Source: an uncultured archaeon
GTDB taxonomy: Archaea; Asgardarchaeota; Thorarchaeia; Thorarchaeales; Thorarchaeaceae
DNA: 64,000 bases
Reading direction: 5' to 3'
NCBI GenBank assembly: GCA_964558645.1
Contig: CAZLEV010000013.1
Span: 1-64,000 of the forward strand
Positions 1-9,770 of the stretch are shown piece by piece (position 1 is the first letter of the stretch; each line of letters starts with the position of its first letter). Under the pieces are notes generated by a model, which saw nothing but the letters and a program-made list of their open reading frames with translations, ran no database searches and was not told the origin of the DNA. The translations under genes were made by a program, and so were the position numbers.

Positions 1-54
1 CCGTAATGCCTATAAGCAGCAGCGGTGGCTGAGCGACTCGTACGGTGATTCATT

Positions 55-177
55 GTGTTCGAAGAGGTCCGGCCAGAGATTAGAGCGCTCATCTTTTTCA
101 TGATTGGTATGTCACTTCTTGGAATCGGGATTCTCCTGAACCAAGCATCCTTCGCCATTGAGTTTCTTAGTCCGTAG
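55..177 (+). CDS. Small single-TM membrane protein (40 aa, MFEEVRPEIRALIFFMIGMSLLGIGILLNQASFAIEFLSP), not in the ORF track
   Basis: GTG at 55 preceded by GGTGA (SD-like); clean hydrophobic helix; TAG at 175-177; sits just upstream of the 205 ORF. Confidence 0.5.
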   Translation: MFEEVRPEIRALIFFMIGMSLLGIGILLNQASFAIEFLSP

Positions 178-204
178 TGAATATGCTGAAATGAGTGATT
201 TCGG

Positions 205-1197
205 TTGAGTCGGCTACATGAGATAGTCAAACTCCTGAGGGGGTTTGAAGGTATATCTCGCAAATACGTACTCCCAGGAATCATCCATCGACTGCGAACC
301 GAGTCATATGACGGAGAGTATCCTCATTCATTGGGAGAAGACTCGGCCGCTATTTGCACCGCTTGCGACGATTTTGTTCTTCTGACCACCGATGCCATAG
401 TGGAAGATCTCTGCCTCAACCATCCTAAGGCAGCTGGGTTCAATGCTGTTCTGGCAAACGTGATGGATATCTATGCAGCAGGAGGAATCCCCACATCATT
501 TGCAGTGGCACTCTCCTACTCCAACAAGAAAATAGGAGAGAGATTGCTGGAGGGGCTCATCGAGGGCTCTCATAGATTCAAGGTTCCAATTGTGAGAGGG
601 CACACCAACCCTACATCATGCTCAACCTACGTGGTTGGATCAGCAACAGGAACTGTGTCAAAGGCAAACCTTTTGACAGCGGGAGGTGCGACTCCAGGGG
701 ATAAGCTGGTCCTAATCTACGATAGACAGGGCAAGAGAGGAGAACACTACAGGCTTGGATGGGATAGTGTCACTGAACGTGATTCTGATGACACTGTGAA
801 GCGACTGGCAGTTATGACAAGCATTGCGGCCAAGCAGCTCGTTACTGCTTCAAAGGATATATCAACCGCAGGAATCATAGGAACTGCAGGCATGATGGTG
901 GAGTACTCTGGCGTCGGCGCTCTGATTGACTTGGATGCAGTAGAGGCGTCGTGTCCCCCGGCAATCGTCTTAGAAGATTGGCTGAGAATGTATATTTCAT
1001 TGGGATTTCTCGTTGCAGTCACACTTGAGAACACGAAAGCCCTCAGGGATATTGTCACGAAACATGAAATGGATGCAGTGATTATAGGTGATGTTGAAGA
1101 TACCCAGCTGGTCCAACTCAAACTGGATTCTGAAACAGAAGTCCTATTCGATTTCTCCAAAGGGTCCCTCTTGACGCCGAAAGGGAATCAAGTCTAA
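205..1197 (+). CDS. AIR synthase-related (PurM/SelD superfamily) protein, methanogenesis marker 2 / sll0787-like
   Basis: GEDSAAI, TTDAI, ANVMDIYAAGG, GHT, ASKDISTAGIIGT motifs; no SelD N-terminal C/U-x-x-K. Confidence 0.75.
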   Translation: MSRLHEIVKLLRGFEGISRKYVLPGIIHRLRTESYDGEYPHSLGEDSAAICTACDDFVLLTTDAIVEDLCLNHPKAAGFNAVLANVMDIYAAGGIPTSFAVALSYSNKKIGERLLEGLIEGSHRFKVPIVRGHTNPTSCSTYVVGSATGTVSKANLLTAGGATPGDKLVLIYDRQGKRGEHYRLGWDSVTERDSDDTVKRLAVMTSIAAKQLVTASKDISTAGIIGTAGMMVEYSGVGALIDLDAVEASCPPAIVLEDWLRMYISLGFLVAVTLENTKALRDIVTKHEMDAVIIGDVEDTQLVQLKLDSETEVLFDFSKGSLLTPKGNQV

Positions 1198-1239
1198 CGC
1201 CGTCATAGTTATAATGCACGTGCTCGGCTTGATGGTGAA

Positions 1240-1467
1240 GTGACCAAGTTGGCCAGATCAAAGAAAGTCTGTAGTATAGCAGGATGTGATAAGCCGGCCA
1301 AACGCTCGTTTTCAGCATCACGAATCGGCAAGAGTGTAACCGGTGCGGGTCTGAAAGTCAAAGATCCTCGTGAACGGAAAACCTACCTCTGCAGAGACCA
1401 CTGGAAGATTGTGAAGAAGGCTTACAAACAAGATACCAAGGCCGAACGCCTTCGTTGGGGCCCTTGA
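1240..1467 (+). CDS. Small basic C2CH zinc-binding protein
   Basis: CSIAGC...LCRDH; 75 aa, Lys/Arg-rich. Confidence 0.7.
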   Translation: MTKLARSKKVCSIAGCDKPAKRSFSASRIGKSVTGAGLKVKDPRERKTYLCRDHWKIVKKAYKQDTKAERLRWGP

Positions 1468-1521
1468 GTTACTTAGAGAGGCGGGCAAGTACTACACTGT
1501 ACCGTCTGGGAGAATCATCTG

Positions 1522-1863
1522 TTGAAAGAAGAAGACATCGTTCGTCAGCTGCTTCCGAACTGGAAGCTCTGGCTTGAGAAAGATGGGCAATACATCTTCG
1601 GGCCCGGGGCTTATGCCATTCTTCAAGCGATAAAGGAAACAGGAACAATCACTGAGGGGGCAAGAAAGCTTGGAATGTCATACAGATACGCTTGGGGGGT
1701 CATCAGGAAGATCGAGAAGAAACTCGATACCAAACTCCTAGAGACATACAAAGGGGGAACTGTTGGTGGTGGAGGAGCGAACCTCACCGAGGTTGCCCAT
1801 CAGCTGCTAGAACGGTTTGCCAAATACCGAGATGAATTCGAGCGGATAGCAGAGAGAGATTGA
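1522..1863 (+). CDS. ModE-family (N-terminal HTH only) transcriptional regulator
   Basis: FGPG..AILQAIKETGTITEGARKLGMSYRYAW, GG..GGGANLT. Confidence 0.85.
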   Translation: MKEEDIVRQLLPNWKLWLEKDGQYIFGPGAYAILQAIKETGTITEGARKLGMSYRYAWGVIRKIEKKLDTKLLETYKGGTVGGGGANLTEVAHQLLERFAKYRDEFERIAERD

Positions 1864-1874
1864 GAGGGAAACTC

Positions 1875-2930
1875 TTAGGAGAACCTGAGCTCGATAGCGC
1901 CGTTGGGGCAGTGACTCTTGCATTCCAAGCAGAGTATGCAGTCGGCACTGTACATATGTTGATACGGAAACTTGCGTATTCGGATGTTCATCGGACATAC
2001 TTCCTCGCATATGTTGCATGTGTCCGGAGTGCATCGAGCGGGGTTTCGCCCAATACCTATGAGTGCGTCGCGAGAGAAGACACCATAGAACCACCCTGCT
2101 GGACATAGCCATCTGCAGAACCATCTGGGAATCCAGTAAGATATCACGAAGACGGCAGCAACAAATGCAAACTGAAGCCAGACAACAAAGTCCCATGACA
2201 ACAAATACCAGAGTGTATCCAAGCTCTCGGGCCATGTCTGCTCGGGAGCAACGACAAATAAGATATACGCTGGATTGAGAGGATCAAAAGCGGCGTTAGC
2301 AAATATCCCCAGTGCTGTTCTGAGGACGTTTGCGGTGCCCGTCAATGTACTGATTCCAACCCATACCGCAAAGAACATGACTATAATGAAGACATAGGCC
2401 TTGATACGACGGAGCTCCTTTTCAGTCTGAGGAGAGGGTCTAAGCTTGGTGCGTTTTGGAAGTGTGATGAAGTCTTGAATTGTGCCGATAGGACATACCC
2501 AGCCACATCCTGCACGGCCAATGACTGTAAGGATGATTATCATTGCTCCAAGTGTGAAGAAGGGAAACGCTCCGGATGTGAAGACACGCTGCATAGTATC
2601 AAAGGAACCGGCCAGAACAGCAAAGGGAGCCTCAAGAGGCGCGATGATTGGCAAAGTTGGTAGTATATCCCTGAAACTGGTCCAGAATGCTGTGACTTGC
2701 TCCATACCAAACCATGCTGTGAAGATGTAAGCGTTTATTCCCAGAAAGAAGATAATCTGTACCACTCTTCGCAACATGCGTACATTGAGAATCAGGCCCA
2801 AAGATCCTGTTAGTCCACGACGAACAGGCTCGCGCTTCTTATCCTTGGTATCTTCTTTGGTCTTGATTATGGTTGCTTCAGAGGGTGTCTCTTCATCAAC
2901 AGTTTCGGACTCTTCGGCTTTTTCGCCCAT
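1875..2930 (-). CDS. Membrane 4Fe-4S binding protein (NapH/MauN-like polyferredoxin)
   Basis: GRAGCGWVCPIG, RWFCRWLCPAG, C-terminal CxxCxxxCP motifs, multiple TMs; ATG at 2930 preferred to the 3074 start. Confidence 0.85.
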   Translation of the reverse strand: MGEKAEESETVDEETPSEATIIKTKEDTKDKKREPVRRGLTGSLGLILNVRMLRRVVQIIFFLGINAYIFTAWFGMEQVTAFWTSFRDILPTLPIIAPLEAPFAVLAGSFDTMQRVFTSGAFPFFTLGAMIIILTVIGRAGCGWVCPIGTIQDFITLPKRTKLRPSPQTEKELRRIKAYVFIIVMFFAVWVGISTLTGTANVLRTALGIFANAAFDPLNPAYILFVVAPEQTWPESLDTLWYLLSWDFVVWLQFAFVAAVFVISYWIPRWFCRWLCPAGWFYGVFSRDALIGIGRNPARCTPDTCNICEEVCPMNIRIRKFPYQHMYSADCILCLECKSHCPNGAIELRFS

Positions 2931-3030
2931 GTCACTCTGTCCTCGCCTTAGGCACTGTGAAAGGCGAAAGCCTGAGAGATAATTAAAAACGTTGTGTTGA
3001 AACATGGCGAAGGTGCAGAGAGCGAAATGT

Positions 3031-3441
3031 CTAGGTGGCAGGCGCAAAGGATATGACCAGTATTTCATCAGCAATCCTGATAGTCACAGACTGGTAACCT
3101 GTCTCCGGTGGAGACTCAACGAGTATATCATGTGAATACTCTTCGGTCCAGACTCCCTGAATCCCGTACTCATTCCGATAAGAAATCGAAAGGGTGTTTC
3201 CGATTGAGGTCAGTTCAATTCCATCTGGAACAGCGAGGTCAAAGTGAACCTCTGCCAGACTACCATTGTCCACCCTCGTGACTGCTTCATGCACCTTCTC
3301 TGAGAACAGATTGGCCATTTCATACTCAGTTGCACTGTTCAGAGTATTGATGGCGAAGAGGAGTACGGGAACACCAATCATCACGGCGGTAGTAAGACCG
3401 ACGGCAATGAGAATCATCTTCTCAAGAGATCTGGAAACCAT
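3031..3441 (-). CDS. Hypothetical protein with N-terminal hydrophobic helix (pilin-like?)
   Basis: MVSRSLEK followed by ~20 hydrophobic residues, then a soluble domain; start uncertain (3441 or 3486). Confidence 0.55.
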   Translation of the reverse strand: MVSRSLEKMILIAVGLTTAVMIGVPVLLFAINTLNSATEYEMANLFSEKVHEAVTRVDNGSLAEVHFDLAVPDGIELTSIGNTLSISYRNEYGIQGVWTEEYSHDILVESPPETGYQSVTIRIADEILVISFAPAT

Positions 3442-3561
3442 GATTCTGTGTTCATTGGATGTCCCAATAAAGTCCTCGTAATACATTGGGGATAGATTCA
3501 GAACAACAGTGAGTGGCCAAGGTTAAAATCAAGAAATCTGTGTGAAGAACTGGCGTTCCTG

Positions 3562-4950
3562 ATGAAAGATCTCGTACCGGTACATGTGGGTCTCATGGGA
3601 CATGTCGACCACGGAAAGACAGAACTTGCCAGGGCTCTCACGGAGAAAACATCAACTGCGGGTCTCGACAAGCACCCGCAATCCAAAGAGAGAGGGATCA
3701 CAATTGATCTGGGTTTCACTATGTTCAGACTAGAACAATATCTTGTGACTCTGGTAGATGCACCGGGTCATGCAGATCTTATTAGAAGTGTTGTGGCTGG
3801 AGCCAATATTATTGATGCAGCAATCATGACAGTAGCTGCAGACGAGGGGCCAAAGATACAGACTGGAGAACACCTAGTTGTTCTTGATGCAATGGAGATC
3901 GACTCGATTGTGGTGGCAATAACCAAAGCGGACCTTGTTGATGAGTCTGCTCTCGACTTGGTCGAGAAACGTATGAGGGAAGTGATGGCAGGGACCAGAT
4001 TTCGGAATGTTGAGTATGTTCGGTGTTCCGCAAAGTCTTCGAGGGGAATAGATGAACTGAAAGAGAGCCTCAAGAGGATATTACGTCCCAAAGAACGAAA
4101 CCTATCAGGCCCGCTCCTCATGCCCATCGACCATGCATTCCCTGTTCGCGGCCATGGCACAGTAGTCACTGGCACAATAGTCAGAGGAGAACTTGAAGTA
4201 GACACGACCATAGAAGTCTGCCCCAAGGGAGAGTATGCCAAGGTCAGGGCAATACAGACCTTTGGAGAGAATAGAAAGAGAGCAAGAGCCGGGGATCGCA
4301 TAGGAGTCAATATTCCAGATGTTGGACATGAAGATGTAGAGAGAGGAGACTACCTGATAGAGCCTGGCTCCGTTCGCCCTTCAGATCTGGTCACTGCAAG
4401 AATCACAGTCAACCCCCTATATCTCGGCCGGGTGACTGAGAGGATGACGGTGAGTGTGGCAGTCGGTATGCCTAGCACAACAGGTGAAATCATACCCTTC
4501 GAACGCATTGATGACAGAAGAGTCTTACAACCCGAAGTTGGAAAGCCTCAATTCCTGGCCATCCTCAAACTCAAAGAAAAGGTGGTTGCGGAGAGAGGAA
4601 TTAGAGTCCTTCTTCTAAGAACAGACCTTGCTGCCAATCAGATGAGAATCATTGGATCCGGAGAGATAGAGGATATCTCAGACGACCGTGTGGTGTTTAG
4701 GAGACGTACCAGAGTGGGGAGAGTCGAGAGAGTTCGGGAGAGAGACGTCTTACTTATTGGACTGGCAACGAGTAAGAAGGGAGCCGAGAGGCTAAAAGGG
4801 TCAGATGTGACTACTTACTCAGGCATCAACGGGACTATCGGTCAGGCCTTTGGAACAAGAGGATTAGTTTCGGCGATATTCGAAGATGCTGTCAAGATCG
4901 GAGAAGAGGTTCGACTCGATATTCTACGAAAGGAGACAATTGAACAATGA
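3562..4950 (+). CDS. selB: Selenocysteine-specific translation elongation factor (archaeal SelB/eEFSec type)
   Basis: GHVDHGKT, LDKHPQSKERGITIDLGF, DAPGH, TKAD, IDHAFPVRGHGTVVTG; 462 aa without bacterial winged-helix tail; overlaps SepSecS. Confidence 0.93.
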   Translation: MKDLVPVHVGLMGHVDHGKTELARALTEKTSTAGLDKHPQSKERGITIDLGFTMFRLEQYLVTLVDAPGHADLIRSVVAGANIIDAAIMTVAADEGPKIQTGEHLVVLDAMEIDSIVVAITKADLVDESALDLVEKRMREVMAGTRFRNVEYVRCSAKSSRGIDELKESLKRILRPKERNLSGPLLMPIDHAFPVRGHGTVVTGTIVRGELEVDTTIEVCPKGEYAKVRAIQTFGENRKRARAGDRIGVNIPDVGHEDVERGDYLIEPGSVRPSDLVTARITVNPLYLGRVTERMTVSVAVGMPSTTGEIIPFERIDDRRVLQPEVGKPQFLAILKLKEKVVAERGIRVLLLRTDLAANQMRIIGSGEIEDISDDRVVFRRRTRVGRVERVRERDVLLIGLATSKKGAERLKGSDVTTYSGINGTIGQAFGTRGLVSAIFEDAVKIGEEVRLDILRKETIEQ

Positions 4951-6269
4951 ATGACGAGATTATCACTAGGTTGATGGATACTCTGCCGGAAAGCATCCGC
5001 CGAAGAGCAGGTGTTACTCTCGAATCGTTGATGTCCCCCATCAAGGACCTTCTCAATCGAAGACAGTTTCCTGCAACAGGTTTCACGGACCTTCAGGTTG
5101 AGTGGTTGCTCAGGATTCTCTCATCAATGGACTCGGACAAGGATCCTGAGGCAGCCCGAGTGGGAGAGCGAGAGGGCAGGATAGCGTCGGGTCTGATAGG
5201 AGAACTCTCAGCAGGATTCAATCATGGCATAGGAAGGAGTGGGCATATCACGGCACCACAGCCAAAAGCTGCAGGGGCATCACTCATGCAAAGGCTTGCC
5301 AATCAGGTCACGCTCGACGCTATAAGAAAGCTGGGGCTTCCAAATGTAAGGGATGGAATGATTCTTCCAATGTCAACCGGCATGACTATCTCCCTCACAC
5401 TCTCGTATTTGAGGTTGAAGTACGGCGTCAAACGCGTCCTCTATCCTAGAATAGACCACACCTCCCCGACAAGGGGCATAGCAATGGCCGGCCTCGAGGA
5501 GATCATCATCAAAACGAGAATCGATGGAGATGCCGTCAGGTGTGATCTAGATAGTTTGGAAGAAGCTGTTTCACGAGAGAGCAAATGCGCAATACTTGCC
5601 ACAACCACATTCTTCGCGCCCCGCGAGTCGGATCCAATCAAGGCTATCGCGAGAGTCTGTCAAGAGAAAGAGATACCACTGGTCATCAACAATGCGTATG
5701 GGGTCCAATCTGAGTCTATCATGAAATCTGTCAGTTCTGCAGTTGATGCTGGTAGAGTAGATGCCATTGTTCAGAGCAATGACAAGAACTTCCTCACACC
5801 TGTTGGCGGAGCAGTAGTTGTATCTCCACATGAGAGTTGCATCGAAGGTATCGCTGAAACGTATGCAGGACGAGCCTCTGCGGCTCCAGTTGTGCAGACA
5901 TTGGCCGCTCTTCTGGTCTTAGGCCACGATGGGTATCGTAAGCTGATGGAGGAACAGAAGATGAACCGCAGACTTCTGGAGTCCAAACTATCAGAGATGG
6001 CAGACGAGTTGGGCCAAAGAGTTCTGAGAGTTGAGAATCCTATTTCCTGTGCCATGACCCTTGATGGCATTGATGCCAGTGAGCTGGGAGCAAGATTGTA
6101 CACGCGAAAAGTGACCGGTCCCCGAGCGGTAGAGAAAGGCGCGCGAGGCTCATCTGTAGACGGCTACCCTCACAGCTACATCGTGATGAATGCGGCAATT
6201 GGAGCAAGAAGAAAGGATGTTGAGGGAGCAACAGCCAAACTCTATAAGGAACTCAGTAAAGTTTCTTAG
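4947..6269 (+). CDS. spcS: O-phosphoseryl-tRNA(Sec) selenium transferase (SepSecS)
   Basis: VGEREGR, HGIGRSG, QPKAAGAS, NNAYG, PLP-lysine QSNDKNFLTPVGG, YAGRAS. Confidence 0.95.
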   Translation: MNDEIITRLMDTLPESIRRRAGVTLESLMSPIKDLLNRRQFPATGFTDLQVEWLLRILSSMDSDKDPEAARVGEREGRIASGLIGELSAGFNHGIGRSGHITAPQPKAAGASLMQRLANQVTLDAIRKLGLPNVRDGMILPMSTGMTISLTLSYLRLKYGVKRVLYPRIDHTSPTRGIAMAGLEEIIIKTRIDGDAVRCDLDSLEEAVSRESKCAILATTTFFAPRESDPIKAIARVCQEKEIPLVINNAYGVQSESIMKSVSSAVDAGRVDAIVQSNDKNFLTPVGGAVVVSPHESCIEGIAETYAGRASAAPVVQTLAALLVLGHDGYRKLMEEQKMNRRLLESKLSEMADELGQRVLRVENPISCAMTLDGIDASELGARLYTRKVTGPRAVEKGARGSSVDGYPHSYIVMNAAIGARRKDVEGATAKLYKELSKVS

Positions 6270-6300
6270 AGATATCATCGGGAGTGTTCGCTTGGAAGAG

Positions 6301-6945
6301 ATGGATGATCGCCCCAAGATCTCGCGGACTCTAAGCTATGACCGACCCGAGTCGTCAGTCATATTCAGGTTGGCGTGGTACATTGTCGCCGGCAAACCAG
6401 GGGTAATCCTGAATGAGTATAGCGAGGCTGAGAGTCAAATTTTCAAAGGCAAGGCAATATTTTCGGTCAAGTCGGATGATGAAGATATCGCGGTACGGAT
6501 ATGGGTTGAAGAGGCTCAACGCTCCATTGAATTCACTGCATGGGGAGAGGATGAATCCGCACTAAAGACGATGGTGGATGGAATTGCAGAGCGCTTCGAA
6601 GACGCAGTTGAGAAGTATAATGAACTCTCCGACGACGAGCAAAGCAGACTGAAACGAGCGTTGACTGCAAAGATGTGCTGGGACCGACTGGTATTTGAGA
6701 TCCTCAACAAAGCACCACTCACTTCGGTCTACATTCAGGTTGCCCACGGAAGAGAGATGCTAATCAAAGCCACTGAGGGCGAGGAAGTTCAGCCCACTTC
6801 ACTGACGACAAGCGCATGGCTATCGAAGATAGAAGAATACAGCAAAGACGAGCCACTACCTGGTGACATAGCTATGGAACTTGCCAAGAAGTCAGTGGAA
6901 TGGAAGAAGGCAACTCATGGTGTGATTGAGGACTATCTCAAGTAG
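6301..6945 (+). CDS. Conserved-looking hypothetical protein
   Basis: Long ORF of normal composition in the selB-spcS run; ATG at 6301 avoids overlap with spcS. Confidence 0.7.
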   Translation: MDDRPKISRTLSYDRPESSVIFRLAWYIVAGKPGVILNEYSEAESQIFKGKAIFSVKSDDEDIAVRIWVEEAQRSIEFTAWGEDESALKTMVDGIAERFEDAVEKYNELSDDEQSRLKRALTAKMCWDRLVFEILNKAPLTSVYIQVAHGREMLIKATEGEEVQPTSLTTSAWLSKIEEYSKDEPLPGDIAMELAKKSVEWKKATHGVIEDYLK

Positions 6946-7002
6946 ACTAGAGAGGTCTTCGCACTCCAATGTGATGCGAGTTATAGTAGGCGGAATCTGT
7001 CG

Positions 7003-7659
7003 ATGAGTAACTGGCTCAAAGGAGAACAGAATAGACTCCGTAAGAGCGTCATCAGGAAAGATGACAACATCCTGAATAGGAACCATGTGACAGGCGTCGA
7101 TGTTGCCTATCAAGAGAGTCTTGCTTTTGGAGCTGCAGTGACTCTAGATATCGCAGACAATACACCACTCCGCGAAACCCGGACTGTAGTGACTGAAGTG
7201 GGAGAGTATGTGCCAGGGCAGTTCTACCTGAGAGAAGGGCCAGTTCTGGAGCAGTTGCTGTTGAAAGACCGCCCAAGGGGACCAGTTCTTGTGGACGGGA
7301 ACGGGATCTTGCATCCGAGGCGATTTGGTCTTGCATCCCATATTGGAGTCAGATTGGACCTTGTAACCATAGGAGTTGGAAAGAGTCTTCTTCTCGGCGA
7401 GATTGGAGAGAGCGATGATGATAGGGCGGAAATTGTTCACCGAGGAGAGGTTGTGGGAATGGCGCTGTGGCTTGGGGAAGGAGAGAATCCAATCTACGTC
7501 TCGGTCGGCCATAGAGTCTCCCTACAGACTTGTGTTTCCATCGTACGGGCATGCTCTCAACGAGGTTTCCCTGAACCGTTACGGCTTGCGGATAGAAGCT
7601 CCAAGGAACAGAAACGGCGCTTCTTGACAAACCGCAAAGGAGCATCTTCAAGGGACTAG
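7003..7659 (+). CDS. nfi: Endonuclease V (deoxyinosine 3'-endonuclease)
   Basis: GVDVAY, YVPG..REG, VDGNGILHPRRFGLASH, IYVSVGH, PEPLRLAD. Confidence 0.92.
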   Translation: MSNWLKGEQNRLRKSVIRKDDNILNRNHVTGVDVAYQESLAFGAAVTLDIADNTPLRETRTVVTEVGEYVPGQFYLREGPVLEQLLLKDRPRGPVLVDGNGILHPRRFGLASHIGVRLDLVTIGVGKSLLLGEIGESDDDRAEIVHRGEVVGMALWLGEGENPIYVSVGHRVSLQTCVSIVRACSQRGFPEPLRLADRSSKEQKRRFLTNRKGASSRD

Positions 7660-9680
7660 TCTAATCTCTTGTCGACCAGTTCTTCAACAAGCCCTTTCTC
7701 TGGAATGAATGGCACGGTGATCTGCCCTCTGCCTTTGAGATTCTTGTTCCATCTTATTGCAGTCTCCAGAGCATGGTCATTTCGAGCCCATGCCCGCCTT
7801 GCGACACCACAGTTAACATCCCAGTCAAGGGCTGATTTAATGATGGAATCAACTCTCTCACTACCATCAAGAACTAGACCGAAACCTCCGTTGATGGCCT
7901 TGCCTGTCCCTACACCGCCGCCATTAGATAGGACACACATTGTCATGCCCCGAGCGACATTACCGGCCCAACAGTGATGCGCCATGTCACTGGTGATGTT
8001 GCTTCCGTCATAGATGTTCGACGTTTCTCGATACGGGGAGTCTGTTCCGGCTGTATCATGATGGTCGCGACCAAGCATGATAGGCTGAACTTTGCCATCT
8101 CGAACAAGCTGATTGAACTTCAGGGCGATCTCTACACGACCCTCTGCATCTGCATAGAGGATTCGGGCCTGTGAACCCACGACAAGGTTGTTCTCGTCAG
8201 CATCACGAATCCAGACGTAGTTATCCCTGTCTTGGCCGCGTCTTTTCGGATCTATGCAGGACATGGCGGCCTTGTCGGTGGTCACTAAATCCTCATGTCT
8301 TCCACTCAGACAGACCCAGCGAAACGGGCCATAGCCATAGTCAAAACAGACAGGGCCCATGATGTCCTCGACGTATGAGGGAAATATGAAGCCGCCTTTC
8401 GTGTCCACACCATTCGCAACAATCTCTTTCACCCCCGCATCGAATACTGCCTTCATGAAGCTGTTCCCGTAGTCCCAGAAGTAAGTACCACGTTCGGTCA
8501 TGGTCTTGATGAGCTTGAACTGTTTCTTGAGTGATTCATCGACGAACTTCTTGAATTTCTTGCGGTCGCTCTTCAGAAGTTCTCGGCCCTCTTCAAACCC
8601 AACCCCCTGTGGGGTATATCCGCCCTCGTATACAGCATGGCAAGAAGTTTGGTCTGAGGCAAGCTCAATAGGAACCTCGTTGTCAACTACGTACTGCCAC
8701 AGGTCGACTATGTTTCCATAATAGCCGATGGAAACAGCCTCCTTGCTCTTGCGGTGTGTTTCCACCCATTCGAACACCTCTTCTAAATCACCAGACCATT
8801 TGGAGAGCCATCCCTGCTCACTGCGGGTGTCTATACGGCTCTTATCAACCTCGGCAATCACGCCGATGCCTCCTGCGATCTCAATGGCCTTGGCCTGTGC
8901 ACCACTCATCCCTCCAAGCCCGGAGGTCAAGTACACCCGCCCCGCCAAGTCCTCGTCATCAGGAATGTCCAGATACTGTCGCCCCGCATTAAGAAGGGTG
9001 ATGTAAGTGCCGTGCACAATCCCTTGTGGTCCGATATACATGAGTCCTCCAGCTGTCATCTGGCCATAATTGACCACACCCATCTGTGTCGCCCAGTGGA
9101 AGTCCTCAGGGGTGTCGAACATGCCCACCATTAGACCATTTGTGATGATCATCCTCGGCGCCTCTCGACGCGACGGAAATAGTCCGAGGGGGTGTCCCGA
9201 ACTCATAACGAGAGTCTGCTCTGCATTCATCGACTCCAGGTACTTCTTGACCAGTCGGTATTGCAGCCAATTCTGCATGACCTGCCCTGACTCTCCGTAC
9301 GTCACCAGCTCGTATGGATACAATGCAACATCAAAATCCAAGTTGTTGTCTATCATGACTTGAATGGCTCGAGCTTCAAGGATTCCCTTGTATTCATCTA
9401 TTGGCTTTGCCTTGATGGCACCAGAAGGGCGATAACGATATGCGTAGATTCGTCCACGCTCAAGCAACTCGTTCAAGAACTCTGGAGCCAGCCGCTTGTG
9501 GAGTTGCTCGGGCACGTAGCGCAGCGCGTTCTTCAAAGCCACTACGGCATCCGACTTGGAGAGTGTGTAACCCCTGTCTGGAGCTCGTCGTATGCGTGAT
9601 TCAAAAACAGGATCTGGGGGAAGCTCGTCAGAAAGTCTCACTTGCATTGCATCCGAAATGTCAAACTTCAGGAGCATCAC
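7656..9680 (-). CDS. hutU: Urocanate hydratase (long, ~670 aa form)
   Basis: YGQMTAG, YIGPQGIVHGT, GLGGMSGAQ, SDQTSCH, GPFRW, GRDHHD, DSPYRETSN. Confidence 0.95.
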   Translation of the reverse strand: MMLLKFDISDAMQVRLSDELPPDPVFESRIRRAPDRGYTLSKSDAVVALKNALRYVPEQLHKRLAPEFLNELLERGRIYAYRYRPSGAIKAKPIDEYKGILEARAIQVMIDNNLDFDVALYPYELVTYGESGQVMQNWLQYRLVKKYLESMNAEQTLVMSSGHPLGLFPSRREAPRMIITNGLMVGMFDTPEDFHWATQMGVVNYGQMTAGGLMYIGPQGIVHGTYITLLNAGRQYLDIPDDEDLAGRVYLTSGLGGMSGAQAKAIEIAGGIGVIAEVDKSRIDTRSEQGWLSKWSGDLEEVFEWVETHRKSKEAVSIGYYGNIVDLWQYVVDNEVPIELASDQTSCHAVYEGGYTPQGVGFEEGRELLKSDRKKFKKFVDESLKKQFKLIKTMTERGTYFWDYGNSFMKAVFDAGVKEIVANGVDTKGGFIFPSYVEDIMGPVCFDYGYGPFRWVCLSGRHEDLVTTDKAAMSCIDPKRRGQDRDNYVWIRDADENNLVVGSQARILYADAEGRVEIALKFNQLVRDGKVQPIMLGRDHHDTAGTDSPYRETSNIYDGSNITSDMAHHCWAGNVARGMTMCVLSNGGGVGTGKAINGGFGLVLDGSERVDSIIKSALDWDVNCGVARRAWARNDHALETAIRWNKNLKGRGQITVPFIPEKGLVEELVDKRLD

Positions 9681-9770
9681 ATCCGCTTACACTACACCAA
9701 AACACACCTGTTATTCATAAACTAGTCGGAGGTCGCGTCTATCCCAGATAATGACATCCATCTTCGTATC

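Noticed and set aside
205-1197. Selenophosphate synthetase SelD, suggested by proximity to selB/spcS
   Set aside because: No N-terminal Cys/Sec-x-x-Lys motif and no upstream in-frame TGA extension supplying one; fits the AIR-synthase-related marker-2-like family better
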